A stretch of 64,000 nucleotides of DNA from Eledone cirrhosa (Eukaryota): positions 33,170,001 to 33,234,000 of the forward strand of contig OZ024744.1 of NCBI GenBank assembly GCA_964016885.1, read 5' to 3'. The notes beneath the pieces are model-generated. The model saw only the letters and a program-made list of their open reading frames with translations. It did no database searches and was not told where the DNA came from. The translations under genes were made by a program, and so were the position numbers. Positions 54,325 through 64,000 of this stretch are shown here, in pieces. Each line of letters starts with the position of its first letter. Position 1 is the stretch's first letter.

Positions 54325-56346
54325 GTGGAAAGAGGGAGGTGTGGGGTTGCATAGATCACCTACTAACTAACAAAATGATTCAGGAAAAAACAACAAGGAA
54401 TCGCAGAAACATGACTGTCGTGTGGCTGGACTATCAAAAAGCATTTGATAGTGTACCTCATGGGTGGATTATTAAGGCTTTACAGTTAGCTAAAGTCCCA
54501 CAACCATTAGTAGCTGCTGTTGAACGCCTGACCAAGAACTGGTACACCAATTTGATCCTTAGAGGTGAGAAGGAGCAGGTTAAGACTGATAGGATACATT
54601 ACCAGAAGGGCATCTTTCAGGGTGATAGCTTGTCAGTACTACTCTTCGTTCTCTCACTGAATCCACTATCTTACCTACTCAGGAAACAAGGTGGACAAAG
54701 AAGTGGGCCCAGAAGTATCTCCCATCTTTTCTTTGTTGATGACCTGAAGTTGTATGGGCCAAATATCAATGACATCAAGAAACAATTGGACCTCATTACA
54801 CAATTTCCAACCGACATCAAAATGAAATTTGGTGAGTCCAAGTGTGCATATTTGGCAGTAAAACGTGGAAGAGCTGTGCCCTCCTCTAGAAATCTAGATA
54901 TGAACGGCCTGACAATACAACCTCTGCAGTCAGGTGACAACTACAGATATCTTGGACAGGATGAGAATGTCAGATATGATGGACCCATAAATAAGGAGAG
55001 AACCAGAACTGAATACCTCAGAAGAGTAAAAAAAATATGGTCATCAGAACTGTCAGCATACAACAAATACATTGCCCACAATACCTATGCTGTGCCAATT
55101 CTAACGCCAACATTTGGCCTACTGAACTGGTCATTGCAAGAACTAAGTGAGATGGATGTTAGAACTCGAAAACTTCTCAGTGTTACTGGGAACTTTAACA
55201 TCAATGGTGATGTGGATAGGCTATACTTCTCACGCAAGGAAGGTGGCCGGGGTCTAAAATCAATATTAACAACATATGAGGCCCGGATAGTAACACTGAA
55301 GCAACACCTTCATAAGAGGAAAAAGGTTGGCGACCATCTTGCTCAGGTTTATGAGTATGAAAAAAGAAATATCATTAGAATAGCGACTGATCTGGAGGAG
55401 AGATATGGAATAAAGCCTGATATAAATCTCTCACCCAGAGAAATCGGAAGATCCTATTCAATGTTCAAACAAGAAAAAAAAATTGACTAATTTACAGAGA
55501 AAGTTGTGCATGGATACTTGAGGCGTAAAACACAGACCATAGAGGGGATAAACCACTCAAAAAGCCTGGCATGGAGTTCCGACAAGTTTATGACATCACA
55601 CCTTGAGGGATATCTCTATGCAATACAGGAACAAGAACTCCCTACCAAATATCTGCTGCACAAAAGAGGAGGGCCAGCAGCTGACAATAAATGTAGGCTA
55701 TGTAAAACAAAGATCGAGGATGTAAGCCACATTGTTGCCAGCTGCGAAAGAATGTCATCTCGCTACTACCTCCCCATGAGACACGATGGGATAGCTAGAA
55801 CTATCTGGAACGCACTTCGGAAAACAAAATTAACAACAAACGAGGAAGAATATATTGAGACAGATGGCACTAAGGAATACTGGTGGAACCTGAAAATAAA
55901 AACTGCCACCAAATTAAAGCACAACCGGCCTGATATTGTAGTTTGGGACCACACATTGAAAACGTGTTCTGTTGTGGGGATCAGCTGCCCACTTGATGTA
56001 AACGTTGTCAGAAAAATACAGGAGAAGGAGGACATCTACGGACCATTGATGAGGAGCTTACAAATCCAGTATCCAAGATACACCTTTAGCTTCATACCCA
56101 TCATTATTGGTGCTACGGGTTATATACCAACCCGCTTGGACCAAAGTATGACCGAACTTGGATTTGCGGACAAAAAGCGCAGCTCCCTAATTCATAGTCT
56201 ACAAATGACTGCGATAGCTGGCACCTTCAAAATATGCAAAACATTCTTGCGATTCAAGGGATGACAATTTCTTTTCTTTTACAACCTTGCCACCAGGATG
56301 GTGGCCGGTCAAAGAAAATATACTCGAAATTAAGAGAAAGAGAAAA
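54325..56346 (+). mobile_element. R4/Dong-like LINE (RT + restriction-like endonuclease), 5'-truncated, nearly intact
   Basis: RT: WLDYQKAFDSVPH, GIFQGDSLS, FVDD. C-terminus: CRLC..H..C, RHD, RPDIVVWD..K. One break at ~55490. (TACA)n on both sides. Confidence 0.93.
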
Positions 56347-56925
56347 CATACATACTTACATACATACATATATACACACATACATATATACAGACATATA
56401 CATACATACATACATACATACATACATACATACATACATACATACATACATACATACATACATACATACATACGTACATACGTACATACATACGTACATA
56501 CATACATACATACATACATACATACATACATACATACATACATACATACATACATACATACATACATACATACATACATACATACATACAAGATGGCTGC
56601 AACACGATTTCCCGTAATGCCATGATACTTAAACATGATACTTAAACATGAGCATCACGGACGTGGTTATTTAGTCCTGCTACATATACACACACACGCA
56701 TACGAATTATAATGCACAGCATGCACGTATATCGACTTGCATGCCCACACATACGTGTGCACATACACACGGTCGCACGCTTTTACACAAGAAAGCGTAT
56801 GGGAAATGACACACACACATAAATTCATAAAATGTAAATTATATATATATATACGTATATGTGTGCATGTATGTATATATATACTACTGTGCGTCTGTAT
56901 GCATATATGTATGTACGTGTACATA

Positions 56926-56981
<56 letters not shown>

Positions 56982-56986
56982 TATAC

Positions 56987-57026
<40 letters not shown>

Positions 57027-57047
57027 GAATATATATATATATGTATA

Positions 57048-57084
<37 letters not shown>

Positions 57085-57214
57085 GTGTATATATATATAT
57101 AAATTTACATTACACATTTATATAAACACGAAGATATATTTATGATGACTCAGCGTATACTTGTATATGTATGCATGCATTTCTCTCTCATATACACATC
57201 CGCTCACACACATG

Positions 57215-57264
<50 letters not shown>

Positions 57265-57623
57265 TATGTACACGTACATACATATATGCATATTAACGGC
57301 TGAGTAGCCCAATTTGCATATCGAGTGGGTTAATCGGCCGGGTGCACCGAAAACGATAAACGGAAAAAAAAACGAAATTTCATTTCTCACTCTTAGTACG
57401 GCTGTTACTTAAATATAAGTATGTACCCGTACATACATATATGTATACAGACGTACAGTAGTATGTATATATATATATACATACATGCACACATATATAT
57501 ATGTACGTATGGATTCACCGAACATTTATTATAATGCTCGGTGTATTTGTAAACAAACATCCCGTATTAAGCCATAGTGTTTAGCAGCCATCGTTGCTCG
57601 TTTGTTCAACACTGACAAAGGAA

Positions 57624-57664
57624 CGCTGTACTAGTTTCAAGCTTATTAGCTATCGTCAGCAACG
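57624..57664 (-). ncRNA. Minimal type I hammerhead, palindromic stem III
   Basis: Minus strand: CGTTG-CTGACGA-TAGCT(AATA)AGCTT-GAAA-CTAG-TA-CAGCG. Confidence 0.82.
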
Positions 57665-57700
57665 TATACCTTCCTGCCAGATTGTTGAACGTATATACGT

Positions 57701-57741
57701 CGTTGCTGACGATAGCTAATAAGTTTGAAACTAGTACATCG
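57701..57741 (+). ncRNA. Minimal type I hammerhead (inverted twin of 57624)
   Basis: CGTTG-CTGACGA-TAGCTAATAAGTTT-GAAA-CTAG-TA-CATCG. Confidence 0.75.
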
Positions 57742-58021
57742 TTCCTTTGTCAGTGTTGAACAAACGAGCAACGATGGCTGATAGACACTACGGCTTAATA
57801 CGGGATGTTTGTTTACAAACACACCCGGCATTACAATAAATGTTCGGTGAATCCATGCGTACATATATATATGTGTGCATATATGTATATATATATATAC
57901 ATACTACTGTACGTCTGTATGCATATATGTATGTACGTGTACATACTTATATTTAAGTAACAGCCGTACTAAGAGTGGGAAATGAAATTTCGTTTCATTT
58001 TTTCCGTTTATATATATATAT

Positions 58022-58645
58022 ATGAACATAAATGAACACTGGCGAAACCTTCAAGATAGTAAAGAATCATCTGTACTCTACCAACATGCTAAAATAGAAG
58101 ATAAGGGTAAATTAGAGAAGATAGAAATAAAAATAGAACATACACACAGAAAAGACGCAATGTTCAGACAAATCACAGAGGCAATAAACATAAATGAACC
58201 CCAACCAAAATTAAATAGAAAACATGAGTGGAACAGCAACATCACAACTTACAATTAAGGACAAAATGAAAACACACACGCACATAGACCAAACAACCAA
58301 CCAGTAACATGTAAATAAACAAATAAATAAACAAATATAAACACACAGAGACACCCGGATGTAACACATGCGCAAGCTAAGCACACAACACACACACACA
58401 AACAAGATGGCGTAGGACAGAACAAAGGAGAGGCATAAAAAACAAAGAAAAGAATCCACAGTTACTGAAGAGGTCACAGAATGTGTGACGAAAGAACTTT
58501 GACAATATATAAACAACTATCTGGTTGTGGAACCAACCAACCGGAAACTTATAAATTCCTAAATTTATAAATTTATTATAATAAATTGAAGTGAAAGCAA
58601 CTGGTGCGTGTATTTCTTATTGGCAACCTGACCCTCCCAAAGTAT

Positions 58646-58650
<5 letters not shown>
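58022..58650 (+). mobile_element. Penelope-like element 3' end: GIY-YIG endonuclease C-terminus, UTR with hammerhead, terminal motif into (TA)n
   Basis: EHWRNL..SVLYQH..RQITEAINI..PKLN matches the C-terminal half of PLE GIY-YIG domains; hammerhead 58461-58503; ends TGACCCTCCCAAAGTATAACAA(TA)n. Confidence 0.75.
58461..58503 (+). ncRNA. Minimal type I hammerhead in PLE 3' region
   Basis: GTTA-CTGAAGA-GGTCACA(GAATG)TGTGAC-GAAA-GAACTT-TGAC; a related inverted copy lies at ~58890-58936. Confidence 0.65.
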
Positions 58651-58706
<56 letters not shown>

Positions 58707-58770
58707 TATACTTCGTTTCTTAATTTGTTTTGCAAGATTTCTTATTTGAAGACGTGTGTCGAAACATATG

Positions 58771-59019
58771 TTGTTATACTTTGGAATGGTCATGCTACCA
58801 ATACAACACACACACCTGTTGGTTTTCACTTGAATTTATTATAAATTTCCAGTTGGTTGGTTGGTTTAATAACGGGATGGTTGTTTACATATTGTCAAAG
58901 CTTTTTCGTTACACATTCTGTGACCTCTTCAGTGGCTCGGCTTTTATTTTGTGCTTCTCCTTTGTTCTGTCCTACACCGTGTGTTTTTACTGGCAGCATG
59001 ACTCTTCCAAAGTATAACA

Positions 59020-59020
<1 letters not shown>
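58771..59020 (-). mobile_element. Short derivative of the 58022 PLE family with the terminal motif at both ends in inverted orientation
   Basis: Left TTGTTATACTTTGGAATGGTCATGCT, right GCAGCATGACTCTTCCAAAGTATAACAA; internal hammerhead-like core on the minus strand. Confidence 0.65.
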
Positions 59021-59050
<30 letters not shown>

Positions 59051-59098
59051 TAGATACATATATAGCTATATATATATATATGTGTGTGTGTGTGTGAG

Positions 59099-59129
<31 letters not shown>

Positions 59130-59640
59130 ATATAAATTTATTTATTTATTCCTGGACAAACTTTAGTCATTCAACTGTTGCCATGCTGTGACACCTCCTT
59201 GATTTAATCAATCATAGTAATCCTAGTATTTATTTCTTTTAAAATCTATCACTTAATATACCTACCTAATTTTTGTCGAACTGTTATATTACGGAACATA
59301 AAATCTACCTCAGTTGATTTCGACGTTGAGTGTTCAAGCTACCCGTGTAATTAATGAGTAAGTGACTGAGCATTCCACATATAGGTTTAACTTGAACTTA
59401 ATTCTCAAAGAGAGATTCAGGGTGACACAGGTACAGTAATAAAGACAGGCTTCCGCATAGCCTCCATCTTCTTAATTTCTACGTCTACACACAAGCCTTG
59501 TTCGATCCTGGGCTATGGTATTTGACACATTTTCAAGAGGTCGTGTGGTGGGATCGAACCCAGGAGATTTTATATATATATCTGTGTGTATAATATACAT
59601 ATGTAAATGTATATTATATATATATGCATATTATGCATAT

Positions 59641-59703
<63 letters not shown>

Positions 59704-59706
<3 letters not shown>

Positions 59707-60483
59707 AAATTAAGATAAATCAAATAAATTTAATCTAAATCAAAATTATGGGTGTCATGCCAGAAAGACATGCGCCATATCACCCGCAAAATAAGCTCTA
59801 AGATTCTAACGAGTAGGTCCGAGCATTTTATAATAACTAGAAATTGATTAACATATAAATAAACATGAATAATTACAGGAGATAATTTTTACAAGTCTGT
59901 AACCACACATAGCTAGGTAGGTTACTAAATAAAGTTGACCAGAACTTCAAAAATAGATACCTTATAATATGATTAATCTTCCCTGTATATATTCCATTAA
60001 AGAAATATATTTCACCAATTAATCGAATGGTAAACCACGGAAGTGGATACTTGGATTTTCAACAAGGAAGAAGTTCCAGCGATCCGTGCTTACACTTCAA
60101 GTTCAAATCAGCGACTGGCCAGCAACACGTGCTATATCTACTAGAAATACACACATCATACTAGCTTCGTCCCAGTGGCGTGAATTATTTATTTATATGT
60201 TAATCAATTTCTAATTAATATAAAATGCTCGGACCTACTCGTTAGAATCGTAGAGCTTATTTTGCGGGTGATATGGTGCATGTCTTTCTGGCTTGACACC
60301 CATAATTTTGATTTAGATTAAATTCATTTGATTTAACTTGATTTTGGATATAGATATATAAATACGGCTCCTTAATTGTAGAGCTAACTCTGTTGAAAGG
60401 ACTCGACTGCTGTTTCTAGTTGTCGATAACCCTATTCATGCCACTGGGACGAAGCTAGTATGATGTGTGTATTTCTAGTAGAT
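59704..60483. mobile_element. Element with two interleaved inverted repeats
   Basis: ~59704-59865 pairs with ~60188-60348; ~60137-60185 pairs with ~60435-60482; follows (TA)n. Confidence 0.7.
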
Positions 60484-61257
60484 AAAAAAAGTCTTTAGGT
60501 AAAATAACAGGTCCATTCATGTTGACATCTCTTGCAAAACTGTTGGTGCTGGCGTTTTGTGTATGGTTTATTTTTTTAGAAAAGTGGATGATGGAACGCG
60601 TCTACCTGAAATGGAAAAAAACATTTTGTAAAAAGAGCTATACTTGAGCATGAGTGTGTGTGTGTGTGTCTCTGTGTTTGTGTGTCTGTGTGTGTGTGTT
60701 GTTATAGGTTCTTACGAAGCTAAGAAGAAATGTGTGTGTATATGTGAGTAAAAGAGTGTGTGTGCATGTAAGTACGAATGTATGAGCAAAATATGTTAAT
60801 ATAAGGGTATATATATACATACATACATTCATACATACATGCATACATACATAAATACAAACATAAAGAGCTTTTCTCGGTCAAAAATATCCATCCATAG
60901 GTGCATGCGTGCGTACCCATGTAGTACATGTGTGTCTGTTTAAGTGAAAAAGGCCACTTCCGCCGGCTTCGTTCTAATGTTTTGTTTGATTTCATTTTCT
61001 TTTTATTATTTATATTATTATTTTATTATTGAGCAAGTTGTGTTTTTGTCGATCTAGTAACTAGATTCTAGTTGCTTTGGATGTTGATATGGCGTGGGTT
61101 AAGTCTAATTCGCTCCAGTGCTTTGTTACGCATGTTGAAATCCTATTAATCATTGTTCTACAGAAACCCCCGCACCTAAAATGTAACCAGCCACCACAAA
61201 AAAATGGAATGAACCTTCGTCGGTATCGACGATAAGTGTTTCCGTTGTTCCAGCAAG

Positions 61258-61309
<52 letters not shown>

Positions 61310-61313
<4 letters not shown>

Positions 61314-61503
61314 AAAGGAAGTGTGGTAAGGAACCAGGTGGACCATAACGCACCAGAGTCCTCGATACTATGGGTAGTAGAGTGGGTAATAGGAAAAGGT
61401 TCCGGACCCCGACGGCAGAGCTCAAGCCGTTTCGACTGCTATTTCTGTAAATAGCCGCGAAACGGCTTGAGCTCTGCCGTCGGGGTCGTGAACCTTTTCC
61501 CAT
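61310..61503 (-). mobile_element. Third fold-back copy of the 1231 family
   Basis: Tail 61310-61388 and ~55-bp arms, including AATAGCCGCGAAACGGC...GCCGTCGGGGT; (TA)n flanks. Confidence 0.75.
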
Positions 61504-61649
61504 ATATATATATATATATATATATGGGAAAAAGTTTAGGATATATACGGTTCTTATATATTTGATATATATTTATCCTTATCGAGCGCTCTTTGGATTT
61601 TAGTCTTCAAATTTATTATTATTACTATATATATATATATACATATTCA

Positions 61650-63340
61650 GATAGCAGACAAAGATTGCAAGCAACAAGTACAGTCCTCACTTAGAAAGAT
61701 GAAGGATGCTTGGTGGATGGCTAAAGCAGCCGATCTACAAGAAGCTGCTGATAAAAAGAACTCACGAGCCTTTTATAACGGTCTCAAGGCGGTGTACCGG
61801 CTGAGGGAGGGCAGGTCAAATCCAGTCCTTTCCACTGATGGAACAACCCTCTAGACAGACAAAGCTAAGATTCTCACTCACTGGAAGGAACACTTTGAGA
61901 AAGTCCTTAATGCAGAATCAAAGTTCGATGACGATGAAATTTTATCTATTCCTCAAAGGTCGGAGATCCCTGAATTAGCATTAAAACCAAACTTGAATGA
62001 AATAAAAGCTGCTATCAGGCAGCTATCATCCAATAAGGCTCCTGGCAACGATGGCATCCCAGCTGAAATTTTCAAATATGGTGGTAAAAAAACTGGTTTG
62101 TAGGCTTCTTCAGCTGTTTCTAGAGATCTGGAGAGTTGGGACTTCAGAGTTGCACCGAAAATCCACCTGTTCAAAAACAAAGGTAAAAGATCTATCTGCG
62201 ACAACTCACGCGGCATCTCCCTTCTCTGTATTGCAGGTAAGATAGTATCCCGTATCATTCTCAATAGAATTACATCCTGACTTATTGACGATATCTACCC
62301 TGAAAATCAATGTGGTTTCCTCTTTGGTCGGGGTACTATTGACATGATTTTTATCTCTTCACCAGGTCGCAGAGAAGGTTCGTGAAAGGAACCAATAACT
62401 GTTTATGGTTTTTGTTGACCTGACTAAGTCCTTTGACACTGTCAATTGCAAAGCTCTTTGGAAAATCCTGAAAAAGTTTTGCATACCGGATAATATGCTA
62501 AATATCATATCCTTCAATAGGGCATGAAAGCATCAATTATGTCAGATGGTGAATGGTCTGAACCCTTTACTGTTATAAATGGTGTGAAACAGGGTTGTGT
62601 CACGTTTCATGTCCTCTTTGATTTGTTCTTTTCTGTAATATTCCAGCAAGCATTAGGCAATTTGGACACTGGCATCAGATTTGAGTTCCTTACATCGGGT
62701 GGGCTATTCAACCATTTCAGGCTAACACACTTACACGAAGAAGTATCATTCGCGATTTACTGTTTGCTGATGATGCTGCACTTGTTGCAACATCCCTCAA
62801 AGAAGTACAAGAATTGATAAACCGCTTTTCGATTGCTTGTAAGGCTTTTCGTCTAACAATCAGCATCAAGGAGACTGAGGTGGTACATCAACCAAAGCCA
62901 TCACCCAGGCACGCAGGGGCGTTAATTAGATGCGGTCAGATCAAATGCATCTTTTTGCACCCATCACTATTGATTGCATATATCTGAAATATGTGATCTC
63001 CTTTACTTACCTTGGCAGTGAACCACTCTGCATCCCTGGCTGATGAGATTGTTAATCGTGTCTTCAAAGCAAATGACGCTTTTGGCAAACTACATCACTG
63101 CCTATGGAGTGCCAGAGGTATATCCCTGAAAATATAAATTGCAGTTTATCGTGCAGTGATACTGACAACACTCTTATATGGCTCAGAGTCATGGACACTT
63201 TACTGTACTCACATACATAAGCTTGGTGTCTTCCACAAACGCTGTCTTCGCTCTGTCTGTGGATATGTACTCTTTGACAGAGTCTCCAATGCCGAACTGT
63301 TCACAAGCTGCAACATTGGTGGGATTGAGTCATTCTGCTG
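61650..63340 (+). mobile_element. Degraded RTE/BovB-like LINE RT region
   Basis: KAPGNDGIPAEIFK, GISLLCIAGK, GVKQGCV, FADD and LLYGSESWTLY motifs, with many stops and frameshifts. Confidence 0.85.
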
Positions 63341-63519
63341 CAATCCCAACTCTGACAGGATCCGCTGGAATGGGTGTTTGAGGACTCTGCCCCCACGACT
63401 CTCTCAAGAAGAAGAAGAAGAAGAAGAAGAAGAAGAAGAAGAAGAAGAAGAAGAAGAAGAAGAAGAAGAAGAAGAAGAAGAAGAAGAAGAAGAAGAGGAG
63501 GAGGAGGAGGAGGGGGAGG

Positions 63520-63719
63520 NNNNNNNNNNNNNNNNNNNNNNNNNNNNNNNNNNNNNNNNNNNNNNNNNNNNNNNNNNNNNNNNNNNNNNNNNNNNNNNNN
63601 NNNNNNNNNNNNNNNNNNNNNNNNNNNNNNNNNNNNNNNNNNNNNNNNNNNNNNNNNNNNNNNNNNNNNNNNNNNNNNNNNNNNNNNNNNNNNNNNNNNN
63701 NNNNNNNNNNNNNNNNNNN
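63520..63719. other. Assembly gap (200 N)
   Basis: N run following a (GAA)n array. Confidence 0.99.
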
Positions 63720-64000
63720 AAATTATTTCTATCGGTAATCGAAACCAACTCGCTATAACTAGCTATAACTGCGCTCTTCTAGAAGCGTCACCTATTCCTC
63801 TACGGCGCTCATACGTCTTAATCGCAACATATTATCTCGTTTACAAAGTGTTAGGTATGAAGGAAAAATCCGCAAAAAAAAAAAAATCAACCGCAATATC
63901 ACTTCTTTCCTAATTCTAAGTTAAAAATCAAGCACGTGGAGATGACTTAGTTGTTCAACCTCCTGGGATCTTTGACATGAAAATATGTATGGCTGTGTTC

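Larger units (their letters stand above)
57293..58010 (-). mobile_element. Fold-back element with ~310-bp arms and two inverted hammerheads
   Basis: 57356-57664 is the reverse complement of 57701-58010; unpaired ~65-nt tail 57293-57355; TA-rich flanks. Confidence 0.8.

Noticed and set aside
58742-58775. Hammerhead-like TTGAAGAC...GTCGAAACATATGTT
   Set aside because: Core overlaps stem II and no stem I is evident; at best a decayed remnant.

Overview
This is eukaryotic, repeat-saturated DNA with no recognisable host gene. The SINE and microsatellite profile suggests an invertebrate, probably a cephalopod mollusc (inference only). Almost every non-microsatellite segment is a retroelement sitting in a particular simple repeat. 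(1) Seven copies of a Tx1-clade (L1-group) LINE lie in three head-to-tail stacks joined by (TATC)n/(GATA)n; one copy is full length (34709-40472). (2) An R4/Dong-like LINE with a restriction-like endonuclease occurs three times, always in (TACA)n. (3) About ten Penelope-like or retrozyme-like inserts lie in (TA)n; they show fold-back palindromes and type I hammerhead ribozymes from at least six sequence families, and one retains a GIY-YIG tail. (4) There are also CR1, RTE and Dong remnants, tRNA-headed SINEs and a Tigger-derived DNA transposon. Most of the long ORFs in the track are microsatellite read-through. The most notable signals are the apparent partitioning of microsatellite targets among element families and the dense hammerhead-bearing fold-back elements. 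All structures were read by eye; boundaries of degraded elements are approximate.
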